The notes beneath the pieces are model-generated. The model searched no databases, was not told the origin of the DNA, and worked only from the letters and a program-made list of their open reading frames with translations. This document shows, piece after piece, positions 37,950 through 50,950 of a stretch of 64,000 bases of DNA (position 1 is the first letter of the stretch; each line of letters begins with the position of its first letter). The DNA is from Laetmonice hystrix. Lineage: Eukaryota. The stretch spans positions 49,662,001 through 49,726,000 of the forward strand of contig OZ249437.1 in NCBI GenBank assembly GCA_965235115.1. Direction: 5' to 3'. The translations under genes were made by a program, and so were the position numbers.

Positions 37950-40400
37950 TGATCTGGGACTTTGTTTTGAGAACTTAATTTACGAAACGTCAAGTGAGTA
38001 GAATCAACTGGAGATGAAGCTGAATTGCTCACGCGACACCTACACACGACGAGGTCATCAAAGTTATGGCACACTCCAGTTGAAAGTGATCTGATTGGAG
38101 GTATAATTGTTGGCATGATGGCATTGCACCTTGGACCGACGCCATGCAGGACCTCAGTGGCGCAGGGCGTTGGCTCGGATACCGAGAGACCTATACCGCT
38201 TCATTCAGACAGCACAGATGACCTCTGTAGATTCTCCTCACAAGTCGGGCCCAGATTGGACGATTGTTTGAGGTTTCACAATAACTACAGGACATGACAT
38301 ACTACATGTTAATCGAAACAGAAAATGCCTTAAAATCCCGCGGTAGAATTTTGATAAGAAGAAAAAGCAAGAAGGCATGATGTCAGGAAAGTTCGTTGAT
38401 TCATCGATCATAGTAATACCATGTGGGCCAGATTTAACCTTATGCTTCATCAGACACAGAGAAAATCAAATCAATTATCATCGCCAACTTGCCAATGTCG
38501 GGGGACCATTTTTCTGAATAAATCTCCACGCCAGAGTTAGAGCGTGAGATGACACAGCGCAGAAGACAGACACCGTCTCCGCGATTATCTTCTCATCCGA
38601 TGTGAGACTTACAGAATCATATACAACATGTATAATATATCGTTCTCATCCTGAAGGTGGTCGTTCCCTCATACATTCTCATCAGCCCTATTAAACTGGA
38701 GCTACGACAGCCTAACCCAAAATATGAGTCCTCAGAGAAATGCCATCCCCAGTATGCCAATGGTGATTATCAAATTAGTGCTGGCTAACTCCCTCCTCCG
38801 TATCAACCTGACCTTGCCCATTATTGAAAATGGTTACCATTGCAATTTGTTAACCCTGAGGGATCCATGCAGGTAGGAGTGGGCCTCACTCTGTGTGGCC
38901 TGACCCTAACCCCTGACCCCTTACTGACCCCATCCATCTGTTCTCCGCGTATCCCTCTCTTTGAAGTGCTGCCCTGCATTCCCTCTCTGCGTCCCATATT
39001 GGAGAATTCACACGAACATTTCAGATCCTGAGAGCATTGCTCCGCCCGCCCCTCAGGTGTGCACGGTCCAGAACAGCGCCTCTGAGTGTGGTGGACTGCC
39101 GGACCGGTCAGCTAACCAAGGGTTTCAGTCATTAGTCTGACGGTCACTATAACAGCAGCACGATCTGCTGCCCTGGTCACCGGACGGAACCTTGGCAGGG
39201 GAATCAACTCATCAAACACCGACCGCAACTGTCAGGTTCAATATCTCTACCGCAACATCCACATCCTCCACACTGACAATTAGGTGATGGATCATACCCC
39301 TGATAATGCTGCCCGACTTTTCTCTAACAAATACTGCAAAAAATAACTTCTTGTCCTCACATTGAACTCCCTCTGAGTACCAACCGCCCGCTATATTTAG
39401 ATGTTATCAAGTTACCTTCTGTGGGCACAGATCTATATGTTCGCATTATATTACAGAAAGTTGTACGGTTTCAATTTGTACAGAGCCAAAATCGCTGACA
39501 TGAGAACAATTTACTGACATTCGGACTGCTCTTGTCACTGACATCGAAAATGTCAGAGTCAGCAACTTGATACGGACAGTACAATATCATTCGTGGGCCT
39601 TTGTTGGGCTCAATGTCCCGCTTAATGCAGCCAGTTTTCGATTATCTGTCGGCTGTACGGTGGAACTATACAACTGTGTAGGCTTTACTATAAATTTATG
39701 TCGATATTTACATCCACCATTTCATCATCATTCCTTGAAACATTTTCTCTTAATATAGGATTTATTCATCATCTAATATCCACCATTTTACCATCATTCC
39801 TTGAAACATTTTCTCTTAATATATGATTTATTCATCATCTAATTTCATCAACAAAAATGAAGTACCATATGTATCTTTCAGTCGCAGTGATTAAAAGATT
39901 GCAAACATTAAAGTTACAAAATGTGTTTGCTTCGCGGTAACTTGGACTCGGATAATGCCAGGCTCGCTGTGTATGCCACAAATGGCAGTATCAGATTACT
40001 GGGCTATACCAACACTAATGGAACTAAACGCCTGGCCAACACCCATTCACTCCACTAATGGCTCGTTTGCAGCTTTTAAAACATCCGGCTTTCGGTTGAC
40101 CTTGTTTTGCCCACATTATTATTCCGTTGGTGTGTCCGACTTTTCATCACGACACACCAAACCCACGCCACACGCGGTCAGGCCTTATTGCGGGAGTCAG
40201 GTGGCCAATTCTGATGGCCACCTTCAAGGTTTTCTAGGTTCATTATTACCTCCTGACAGAATACCACAGTTTGTCAAACAATGGATCATTACACCTTATC
40301 CTACTGGGCAGATCATCACTCCTCCCAACCTTGCTGTGCCCACTCGGTGGACTGTTTTTATATTCTCGTAGACATTTACATCCCACTGTTTGCACGGAAT
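37950..40400 (+). mobile_element. Decayed Gypsy pol (RT-RNase H-integrase)
   Basis: KKKKQEGMMSGKFVDSS (~KKKDGSxRFCVDYR, ~38356), DYLLI (~YLDDII), HDLLP (~ELLAV), MDHTP at 39287 (~TDHxPL); ORF 39955..40371 has YWAIP, NSDGHLQGF (~SDxGxxF) and IITPYPTGQ (~TTPYHPQ). Confidence 0.55.
39712..39843. repeat. 66-bp tandem duplication
   Basis: ATCCACCATT...CATCATCTAAT at 39712-39777 and 39778-39843, near-identical. Confidence 0.95.
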
Positions 40401-42099
40401 GGACCTCAGGGATTGTAAATCGAGGTTACTAGAATGGAAGGCTGTTTACGTTGTTTGTTACTTTGCTTGATGGTTGGCGGGTTGTTGCTGCCCCTAATCA
40501 TTATAGATCTCACACACGTTTGTTTCTCAAGGCAGTGTACTACAACTACGAGAGGGTCGACCTTTTCACACACAGAACTGAAAAGTCACGACATAACACA
40601 TGTTTATGATCTCTACCTTTAGCTGACATGGCGGCTGACCCGTATACCATGTACTATCGACACAATCATACGGTTATAATACAGGCCTCACCTGTTCAGG
40701 GAGCACCTGCGTGGGCACGATGCGCACCTCTAACTGTGTTGATTACTTCAATAGCCCGCAGGCCCTAAATAAAAAAAGGTCTAACCCATACCTAACTGAA
40801 GCAGTAAATATGGCCTCAGTGGGCGGAGCTGGCCGGGCGCCCGGAGTTCTCTGGACGCCCTCCACCTACTAATGTTCCTCAGTTGGCATTTACTGTAACG
40901 GGACGAGCTACCGCCAACCGGCTGCAGACCGAACCACGCAGCTGGTGTTGGCATTCACAAGAAATCAGGCTCAGTAGAAATTACCTTCAACGAAACTCAG
41001 CAAGCTTCCCAGACGTATAATCTAGGATACGACTGACTAATCCTTATCTTTGACGTCTACAGCATCGTGGTATCATCTTCCAACCAGACTTGAGGTTTCT
41101 AGGAATCAACATCGTCACTCTTCTAATTAGTTCAATTAGAGATTGAAGCTACGGTCCAAAGTAAATCGCTCTGAAAATATTCATTTCCCATGTTCACGTT
41201 CACCACTTTCATCAGGTATAAAATAGGTCGAAGACTTGCAAGGTCACCGCAGACAGAATAATACCACGCACTGCTCCAGGTACAAACTGCATCAAGCCTG
41301 CCCTATGTTTCACCTTCTATCCTACAATTTACCACCGAATGCGGCCGGTCTGGTTGAGAAGGTCCGGAGCCTGGACGCCCCATGAACGACCCTGAGCTCC
41401 ACTGGACACCACAGCTGGTGTGTCAATAAAGGCGCTAATGTTCACACCAGGCCAAGGTCAAAAACTCTACTCTCTTCCCCCACTTTTCACGTGTCTCATG
41501 CGCTATGACTAACTTCCAACCTCTGAGGATCTGAAAATCGTAACTGATGTATAAACATTCCAGAGGTACGTCAAGTTGAACGTTACACATCGGAAACAAG
41601 CCCTGGATTCTGACTTACAGCCGCTATGTGAGCTGTTAGTTTAACCTCACATAATAACTGGGAATAATATTCATCACTGCCACCTGTAAATGACATTACC
41701 GACGGCCTAAGTAGGAAACACTGCTCTAGAAAATAACCCGTCGCCAATCAGCCCCCTCCTGAGACCCGCCCCCAACTCCTATACTACTCACACCTCCCGT
41801 GTCGGCGCTGCTGGTAGTAGCAACAGTCGTACCGTCTGAGGCCAGGCGAGGTGGACCACCCAGTATCTCAGGTGTTAACGACGCCCTGGCCATCATCACC
41901 CCGGGAAGGCCACTGTTTGGTTGACCTTCCACCTCCAACACTAACCTCTAGACGTTTTTGCTGAGGGCCCGACCTGGTATGTATCATTTCTAGACCGGGA
42001 GGCCAGCACCCCTCAGTCTCCGCCCTCGCCCTTCACTAAGGACGGGTAGCTGCCACGTCAGAGACCATACAACACGTTCATTACCGCTACCTTCCATTT

Positions 42100-43560
42100 G
42101 TCTCTCCCACTTGCTCCTTTTTCATCATAATAGCATATGACTTAAAAGCGAACTTAAAAGAAACATGGCTATTAATCTCACAAACAGCAAGGCCTGAGTG
42201 CCCCGTCAAGGTACTGCTGGGAATTATGTTATACATTGGAGCGTCCCACCGGCGCCAACATACAGTATAGTATTGCCTTTTTCTGCTTCCTGCTCTAATT
42301 TTCCCAAGGGTGACATCAATATCAAAGACCAATACAGAGCACTGCCACTAGTGCCAGCAAAGGGAACCAGTCCTTTTGTCCACCGTCATCCGACTAGGAT
42401 CATCGTGAATTCCCATATCATTTTAATTCATTGATTTCGGTGTAATTAATGTCCACTTCACTCCAGAACAATACCAGGCTCGTTCCAGGTACTGACGCAA
42501 TGCAGTAGGATTCTTGTCATATGATCATCACCATTTCTGCTCCATAACTCCCCCCCCCCCTCCACCCCTCCCGTCCGTGACAGATGATATTAGTATTGGC
42601 AGAGGCCTGCAGCCGCCCACTTTGTTACAAGGTCACGGCAATCTACACGCCCATTGTCATTCACCAATGAGAGATCTCCTGCCCGACTACTACCAGCCTA
42701 CCGTGTGGTTAAGTCCCGGTAAAATCAGCTGCTTTTCATCTCCCTGGCTTCCTGGCTTAGACAGTATGGTACCCACAGCTTCTTGATAGGGGTTCAGGTA
42801 CATACCCGAAGACCGTCCATCTTGGACCACACCAAGTCATTAAACATTATGCATTTTATGAAGGGCACTCCCCTTTGATCGTTCTAACGCCTAAAGAACC
42901 TATAGCTATAAAACAATACAATCGATTAGCAACTTGACCGCTTTGAGCCAACAAAACTCTTGAATCTGGTACTAACTACGGCAAATACTGGCTACCATTC
43001 AACAAACGCACGGAGCTACCTTTCTATATAGCAACGTTTTGTGTTTCCCTGAAAATCCTGTCCAATTAGCGGAAGCAGTCAACCTGCTTAGTGAAAAAAA
43101 AGAATACGGTCCAGTGAATACGTTCTACAAACAACAACGCTTGGAACTACTTTGACCAGAACAAAACATGAAATGTCTTCATGTCTGCATGCAAATTGCT
43201 CCTGTCCTCCAATTCATGCCTGTTTAATGAAGATAGATTGTCTTCCAGATCTTTTTTACAACATCCTCACACAACCTTCAGTTCCTTTGGCTTAAAATTC
43301 CCTCATCCATTTCCCATAAAGATGACAAGCACGATATAAAGCATTTGATGGGGGTGCATGGCTGGCAGCTGCTGTGGCCGGTCGGTATTGATTTTACGGG
43401 CGACTGTTGACAATAATCATTGTTAGACCGTGAGCTGATGCAGCTGGTGAGGAGAGCCTCCTGTTTATATTGCTAACTGTCACTGTTGCAACTGCTCCGA
43501 CTGTTCTTGCTGCCGGTCATTCATCCCAGCAGCTGGTCAATGCTGAGAGAGCCATTGAAT
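42100..43560 (+). mobile_element. DIRS/Ngaro-like tyrosine-recombinase retrotransposon RT-RNase H remnant
   Basis: VPRQGTAGNYVIHWSVPP...KGDINIKDQYRALPLVP (~VPKKxxGxxRLIxDLSxP...KxDIKxAYRxLPVxP; ORF 42198..42434), VTDDISIG at 42577 (~YLDDFLxxG), WLSPGK (~LPxDK), HGWQLLW...TVDN at ~43403 (~WGxxW...CDN). Confidence 0.55.
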
Positions 43561-43949
43561 CCCACTCGACGGAAGTACTGATTACTACGTTTTTCTAACT
43601 CGCCTGTCCTACAATCGTCTACTACTACTTCACACAAGGATTTGTAGCTGCAAGGGCAGGCTCCTTTTTAGGAATATCCACACCACACATTGGCAATATA
43701 CACGTTTAGAAATTCCTGCTTCTACAAAAACAACAAAAACTCCATATAATAAGAAATCCAGTCCAGCGCCCATATTTTTCTGATGGACCTCCACCCCCCT
43801 GCAGCTACTGGAGGCTTGACCACTCGCAATCGATAATTAGATTACCGTTGAATGTACTAGTAACCTAGAATGGTTCAATTTTATACCAGCGACAATTCCT
43901 GTGCCTTAACAGGCATTAAGTAAACTGAGAACTTGAAATAGTGCCAATA

Positions 43950-45100
43950 CTTCCACTTATTTACACCATTAACCAAAAAAATGAATAATGCATTACTCAT
44001 TCTTTTTGTTACAGAAACATTTCCTAAACATTCCTTGAGAAATGCAAGAACATGAACCGAGGTATTTATCCTATGCCAACAATCAATTAAAACCACACAC
44101 TCTCTTCCAATGTTACAAAAATACCAGAGAACAATGGCCTGTTGAGAAATCTTCTCTTCAATCAGTCCATCTTCAGACTCAAGGCAAGAAATCCAATACA
44201 AATCCAACAAAAGGAGAACTTTGCATTACTTTATAGAAATACTACTCCCCGAATCCTCATTTCTCTTGGATACTGGAATGTAGAAAACCTTGGAGAACCC
44301 TTATTGCGTGCTCGATCTGCACCAATGGCTACACAATTTGTGATCTACATCATAATACCAATTATCATACAACCGATCAATGAACTAAATGTGACACGGT
44401 CAGGCAGTACGGTTACCCATACATCTGTCTGCAGTCATCGTCCCAAAACATTATGCCTACAATCATCGTTCACCTATGATTGGCCTCTGTAAGCGAAAAG
44501 TACATTAACGTTATGTTCTGGTCAATCGACTCACTTAAATACACTTAGGTTTCAGCACCATAAACGCCTAATCTGAAATGTGTCTGATGTGCGAGACACT
44601 TATACTTGGCTCAACTTTTACAGCCTTTCCTTAAAGCTACTTACAATTTGTGGACCAAACGCTGTACCTTAGGGTACTGCCCATTGTGTATCATCACGGT
44701 AACTCAAGAATGGCAATATCGTCTTCCTTGTTCAAATGTGAAATAGGCCCGCTTTCAAATGTACGCCAGCAATAACCAAAACCTAACTTCATAAAAATTC
44801 TGTATATCTTTGAATACGACCAAAAACATCCCAAAAAACAGTAATTGTACTCTTCAACTGAATTTACAAAGATGTAATAAATATTTCCATGCCTTTCTAA
44901 CTGGAAATGTGCATTTGTTCAAAGCGCTGTTTTTCAGCCTCTCATCACTTTCCCTCTCCCTTGGTGGTTCACCACTTTGACGGGAACACCCTCCTTCCCA
45001 ACCGAACGGCCACACGGTGAATGCTTGTCATTCAAAGCAAGCCCTAGATCAGGTGAAGGAAGCTCACGTTTCCAGCCACTTGGCCTGGCCGTCAATATGA
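43950..45100 (+). mobile_element. CR1/L2-group LINE linker plus RT N-terminal remnant
   Basis: CGPNAVP (~GPDxIP), LFKCEIGPLSNVRQ at 44728 (~LFKxGxxxxxSNYRP), KQALDQV at 45035 (~KAFDxV). Confidence 0.5.
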
Positions 45101-45189
45101 ACCCAGTGTGAGAGGAATGCCTGGTGGAGGTCTAGGTTATGATATAGGGTGACAAACAGGGCAGGAGGATCTCCTTCTCATTCCGGAGT

Positions 45190-45900
45190 ACCTTAACAGA
45201 CATACCACGTGTCATGTCTTATGCAACGCTTACATATCAAGTCATAGCACAGGTGCAACCGTGCACACAGGTATAAATCATACCGCTGAAAAGAACATAA
45301 ATACAATATTATCTCATTGGAAGTAACTTCGTTTTTTTCGGAATGATTTAACACCCTTAATAAAAGAAGAAAAAAGGGAATAACCTTCACCAGATGGATT
45401 TTCATGATGGCCATAGAACATTCCTCATTAACAGAGACTCAACTAACGATTCTCCAGTACATCATTCATCAAGAACCATCGAAATAAGTGAAGCATTTCT
45501 TGCCAACTTCCTTTGAGACAGTGCGGGTAATTTTACGGATTTTACTAAAAGATCATTCTTCAAACATGTCTTCCGTGTTTTAAAATGATCGTGGCTTTAT
45601 AAAAACCGCACTCGGAAGCCTATCAATGTCGAGTTCCGGTTAACGGATCGAGGGATGTTTTAGAGGGCCATGTTGCGGTTTTTGTGGCATACCATACAGT
45701 GTCATGTCCCCTGACACACCGCTCAAACTTGTACCGCTCTTATACCATATAGAGCCGAGTGTCAGACTTGTGTCCCTTTAATCAACTTCAGCTCCGATCT
45801 TCAATACTCGCCCATAGCACGCCTTGGGACACGCTGAGAGACTATAGTCTATATAGTCTACCTGTTTTTTTGCCCTCTTTGCAGCGTATCTTCCTCGGAT
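45190..45900 (-). mobile_element. Penelope-like RT remnant
   Basis: VD*RD (~ADKG), LYGMPQKPQHGPL (~LYGLPKxHKxxxPLRP; 45683-45699), MAIMK (~GVAMGSP), FQRYDLYL (~YxRYVDDIF). Confidence 0.55.
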
Positions 45901-45989
45901 TCCACAGCCAACGTGTTGGTTAAAATAGTAGGCCCAGTTGAAGTAGAAATACAGGGTGGTAGGGGCGGGTATATAGGGGAGATTGGTGA

Positions 45990-46240
45990 AACTGTTCATC
46001 ATCACCCGTCTACTGTTATCAGTGGGTTTGGTCGATGGTCAGTATGGTGACAAATGGCAGGTCCTCTACTGGTACAAGCTCTCCACAGATGATAACACCC
46101 AACACCAACTAATCAAAACCGTTTACTTTACTAGATTATACCAAGAAACACCCGCTGTGCGATTTGCTCCAGTTTCGTACAAGAATTTCTACCGTAATAA
46201 CACCCATCAACCTAGCTGACCATGAATGTTTTCCGAGACC
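45990..46240 (+). mobile_element. LINE APE endonuclease remnant (L2/Crack-like)
   Basis: YGDK (~GDFN), LIKTVYFTRLYQETPAV (~LxQxIxxPTRVTxxSAT), NLADHECF (~LSDHxxIF). Confidence 0.45.
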
Positions 46241-46286
46241 TTTCAAACCTACCCCTGAAAAATGCAGACAAAATAAAACATTTCAC

Positions 46287-46544
46287 TTAGTCTAATGTCT
46301 GAGCCTGTGGGTATACAAAGAATTGAAATATTGTTTCAGTGTAAAGTTCAAAGCTGGCGTCGTTCTCTCTTCTATTCAGTGAGGATATCTTTTTCCTGCT
46401 TTTGTTTGGAGGGGGGCGCCTTTTTATGCATGAATGACTCACCAAGGTAACTCCAGACGCAACTTCCTGACGAACAGAGAAAGATAAATAAAACTGGGTC
46501 ATAAAAATCATCAGCTTGCTCGGTATTCCATCAGAGATGGCCAA
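46287..46544 (-). mobile_element. Possible LINE ORF1 (RRM-type) remnant
   Basis: DGIPSK...SHSCIKRRPPPNKSRKKISSLNRR (~GIPE...HRxxxxxxxxRPIIVKFxRR). Confidence 0.25.
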
Positions 46545-47199
46545 TTAACGTTGCAATAAAATCGTCTTGATTAAAAATTGCAAAAAAAATGTAACAATTG
46601 CAGGACCTAGAGTGCTCCTGTCAATGCCTTGGCAATTTTAACCGTGCGCTACGCACCTGGGCATCACTATCACTTCAAGATAATGACTCATTAGTCCATT
46701 ATTAATTAACCAATTAGTGGTTCATGCTCAGCTGGAGGCCCGTCAACCATTTCCCTGCCCTGCTGGGTCTTGCCAATATAGGGCAGTAAATGTGTGCCAT
46801 GAAGCAATCAACACCAGGTTATCATAATTAGGATTGTCTGCTCGCAACTGTTATCAACTGATATGATATAATATCCTGAACCAGACCACCGTGGTGGCAT
46901 CCATGTTCCACCTACCACAGTACAACAGTTTCCAATCAAATCGGTGTGCAAATGATGCTTAACTGCATGTGGCCCAATTTCTTGTTTTTTTTGGGGGGGT
47001 ATTTTTTTTTTGGGGGGGGGGGGGGGGCTGAAATAAGCTCAATTTCCTGAAGACTAACCGACCTACTGACACCCCGGTTTTATCTGCTCAAATAAAGGTT
47101 GTGTGTCCCTTTCAGTTTCATAGTACGTTTGCTTGTGATTCTGCCACAACTACCGATGGCAAAACGCAGAGTCCATTGGAAGAGAAGTTTTAACCAGCC

Positions 47200-48410
47200 C
47201 GACAGGTTTGTCAACAGAAGATGAATGGTGTCAGATGACATCAGTGGACCGGACAGTGCAATGTGACGGACTGATACTGATACAGCCAGGAGATTACGTC
47301 ACAATCAATGTCTGTTCGACTACCATCGACACCGTCACGTAATTCATAGAACACTGACAGTTTTACAGCAACCTCCCGGGTCTCATCAAATGGGCCGTTA
47401 TGTAGAAAATAATTGAAGGGCCTGGACAACTGCATCCGCTCGACTTTTCCTCTCTTGTAAATGCACTGCATTATGTAAGCTCTGCTACATTAACGAACCG
47501 TTTCCCAGGACGACTTTCAGCAGCAGTTTGTGATAATACGAATGACCTAAAACATGTTGTTTGGTTGAATTTAATTCTGATTTCTGATAAAACTTGTACC
47601 CACTTCTAGGCATCCAACACTTAAAATCTAACCAACATAGCTCACAGCATTGCTGAAAGTTCGCTGTTTGCCTTGCACACCTCCTATAACTCCTATAAAA
47701 ATACTGGTCGACCTTCAAATCATTTCAGGGATTTCTACTTCCGGTCTTTAATGAACAGTCAAAGACAGCTAGGCCTACCCCGTAATAAATTCTTGTCAAT
47801 GAGTTCTCCCTGGGGGGGGGGGGGTGAATGAACTTTGCAGACGTTCCTTGCCTGACACACTGAGAAAGCTTGGTGGACGATTGTAATGAGACGTGACTAA
47901 TGTTTGTTTTACATTATCTATTTGGCAGTGGCAATCATCCAACTTCGTGTCAGAGTGTGATCTTCTCGTAACGGCACAGCAGACTGCTACTAGACGGTTG
48001 TTTATCTGTCTGGCAACCCGGCAGGAAGGTTTCTGGTTCTTCCCCATCACCAAGTGGTGAAGGGTGCGTGTACATCGACAATCATCGCAGCCTGCTGTTT
48101 GTTCTACCACTCATCAATATAAGCTACTCCATGCAGCTGTCTCAATATACGGGACATATAACCAAGTTATATCACATGAATTATTGAATGATGACTTTAT
48201 CTTGCATTTTTCGAACATCGTGTCGCAGGATGTCTGAGCGTTTTCTTATGAATGAAACGTTAGGTTTCATGCTGGCCTGGAAATAATGGCGACATTGTAT
48301 GGCTCTCGGTAATTGCTGGCCTGACCCCGAAAATGTTGCTGCCATGAAAACCAGGTCCGTCCATTTCCTCAGGGTTTGGTTCCACAAGGCTAGATGGCAG
48401 ACAAGCATTT
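47200..48410 (-). mobile_element. Gypsy RNase H end plus integrase remnant (CsRN1-like)
   Basis: WTDLVFMAA...LPRAIQCRHY (~TDHKPLxxA...PRQxRxL), TLHHLVMG (~LHxxSHPG), CHCQ..VKQTLVTSHYNRPPSF (~CxxCQxxKVxRHxxxPxxxF), VDQYFYRS...TA...WLDFKCWMP (~VDxFSR...WIxxFGxP), KVERM (~GxVERxN). Confidence 0.6.
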
Positions 48411-48619
48411 CAATGTTTTATACTGTTGGGTTAGGGCACTGGCTCCTCCCACCTGGGGCGGGGCAGATGGTGGGGGTGATCAACTCAACCCCTCGGGTCT
48501 CATACACCCCTTCCAGTCCCATGCCCCCAAACCTTCCACCGCCTTACCCCAGGGCTACCTCAATTCCACCCCTGGGGCACGTCTGTCCCAGTTAGGTACC
48601 CCACTCAACAGCTATTAAC

Positions 48620-49000
48620 CTGCATATATAATAACATCTCAAAATTAGTCTCTCTAATGGAACTGACAATAAGCAATATTCGCGAGTTCCTAAAACCAAC
48701 TTCATTTTTAAATAAGTTCACAAAACATTGGAATTCCTCCATTGAATAATGATTTCATCGACGTATCAGTTTTATTACACAGTTAGGCCAGGCTTGCTCA
48801 ACATTTTTTTGCCTCAAATGCAAAAAAGGGTCTTAGGTAAAAATTTAAAAAGATATCTATGCTAAAGAACTGTTCAGAAACTGCAGGTTTCAGTGGAGGA
48901 TAACACTTTCCTTCGTTAAAATCAACTGCAAATCCCGTTCGAGAATCCCCTTATCTGGTTACAAGCTTTTAGTGGTTGCCTTTGGCCAACAAGAGCAAGG
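48620..49000 (-). mobile_element. Penelope-like RT remnant (catalytic region)
   Basis: TVL*HRYLFKF (~VLxxNxFxF), MLSKPGL...YVDEIIIQW (YVDE at 48754-48765; ~KPxxWxRYIDDIFxIW). Confidence 0.5.
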
Positions 49001-49279
49001 TTTACTTGCACCAAACACCTCTCTCGTTTGTTTTTTCTCTCCGCAAACTCTAACGTTCTTCGCTCGTGATCAATACAACTCACAGACAATGAAAAGCACA
49101 CCAACAGCGAAATGCAATTTCTGGTAATTGAACAGAATAAACAAAGAGCACCAATAATTCGGTTCGAAATCCAATGGCAGTGACCCCCTGAACGGCAGGT
49201 TGGGGGCGAGGCTGGGACAGGAGGGTGCCTGCTGGCCCATTGTACTGACCCCCTTATTTACATATGAATGCTAGAGTTT

Positions 49280-49650
49280 GCATACAAATTGCCCAGTGTC
49301 ATGGCCGCATTCCTGTCTTTTGTCGGATATATTTGCCATAAATTCTCAATGACAGGTCTGTTATTACAATTATAAATTATTTGCATTGTCTTCATCCAGA
49401 GGTCCCCCTCCAGACTGATAATAGTTCAGACATGTGGAAAAAACAATACTGTAGCCAAGTGCTTGGACAATAGACTGAGGCACTAATATGTGATTATACC
49501 CTGTGAGTCATTTGAACCATCGACATGAACCAGACTGGAAAATCATTCACGCTTTTAATAGTTTCCCTCCTATCAGAGTAGCCATCAAGATGCCAATAAT
49601 GGACTCCTTTTATTTCCTATCATCACTTTGAGTCGGTGTCAATCTTTTTG
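49280..49650 (-). mobile_element. Tc1/mariner transposase DDE-domain remnant
   Basis: LVHVDGS..SQGYNHIL (~LxxIDGxMxxxxYxxIL), DEDNA (~QDNA, 49383-49398), PVIENLWQ (~NPIENLW, 49336-49350). Confidence 0.5.
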
Positions 49651-50269
49651 TCACGGGAGTCAGCGAAGTGAGGCACAAAGAGGGGTGAAAAAAAAGACTA
49701 TCTAGATTTCTGTGAGTCGACATGGCTTGACGTGTGAGCTGTCAATGTAACAAGCGACTGTTATTTCATTCACACTTGATTATGTCAAATGATCAGTGCG
49801 GAATCCTCGATCTACTCTTTTGAGGCCAGTTAATTAATCAGAGGACACAGGGATGAAGTCCCACCACTGCGGCCTGTCTGTCATTTACCTAGTTAAAACC
49901 ACCAGCTGTCTCAAAGCTTGACAAATGGTGGCTGACTGAAGGCTGCCCGACTCGACTGCAGCAATTCGCCCCAATACCCTGGGATTCAGGCTTAATCATT
50001 GCTCATCATCCCTTCTATCACCCCCTCGAAAATGTGACCCCCCCCCCCTTTTTTTTTTTACTGTTCCGTTATTTTCAATCAACTTGGGAATCTAAAATTG
50101 TCAAGTAACAAGCCATGAACAGATGTACTTTCTGGTTGAGAGTCATTTGAATAAGCTATTTGTTACAAACAATCCTATAGAGAACCAGCTGAACCTGCCA
50201 CTGCCGTTTCCCGGAGACCATCCCAGCTAGGCTCTGGGGACATGTGTCCCATGCTACCAGAGCACGTTA

Positions 50270-50950
50270 CTTAGCATGTACTGCAAGCCTGTAAATCGAG
50301 TCGTGAACAAGTTTTTTTAATGGCAAATCTAAACCATTCTAACTGTTGCGTGAAATGCACTCCTGGTCCGACACCCTGACTTATATTGTAGCTCGGCCAC
50401 CCAAGCTTGTGGCCCTTTCGCGTGAACAATAAATCTCCAGGTGCCTTGTCACGCCGTTGCGTCCCCAAAACGCGCCATGGTGGCGCGGTACGTCACGTTC
50501 CGACAGACGACCTTTGAGAACTGCCTCCTGAATGGCTGGCCACACGCACTCGTCTCCATGGTGATGCGGCGCGGAGGAGAAGGTAATCGCACGACAGGAT
50601 CGGCAAGCACTTCGGTCCTCCACAGGTGCTCCTTGTTGTAGCGCTGCCTCCTCACACCTGCCTCCTTAGAAACCCATTCATTCTGGGGGTCCGGAGACAC
50701 TGACACAGTGTCCTCCTCCCCGTCCTTACAACCCGAATGTTCCACCTGTTCTTCAAAGGCCCTCATTCCGACTTCGTTCACCCATCGTCCCCGGCCCCGC
50801 CTGCCAAGAATAACTAGGTCAACCTTTTCAAATTCCACCAATCCCAAAATAACAAGCCTCTAGGAATGCTCACAGCTACTTGTCTACATGTATTTCCGTG
50901 TGGTATATGTCACGCCTTACTTAAATCAAGGAGGCAAATAAATCAACTGA
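50270..50950 (+). mobile_element. Gypsy (Mag-like) RNase H-integrase linker and HHCC/core start
   Basis: GALSR (~ADALSR), FENCLLNGWP (~LxxxIxxGWP), THSFWG (~HxGHxG), CSTC at ~50738, VNLFKFH at ~50818 (~ADLF), VYMYFR (~VDYYSR). Confidence 0.6.

Noticed and set aside
45983-46219. 78-aa ORF as a host signal-peptide-bearing exon
   Set aside because: Better explained as a decayed LINE APE domain (GD.., PTR-like and downstream DH motifs).
46980-47030. Poly-T/poly-G runs (also C/G runs at ~5541, 42550, 47812, 50038) as terminators or functional elements
   Set aside because: Simple homopolymers, error-prone in sequencing, with no supporting context.
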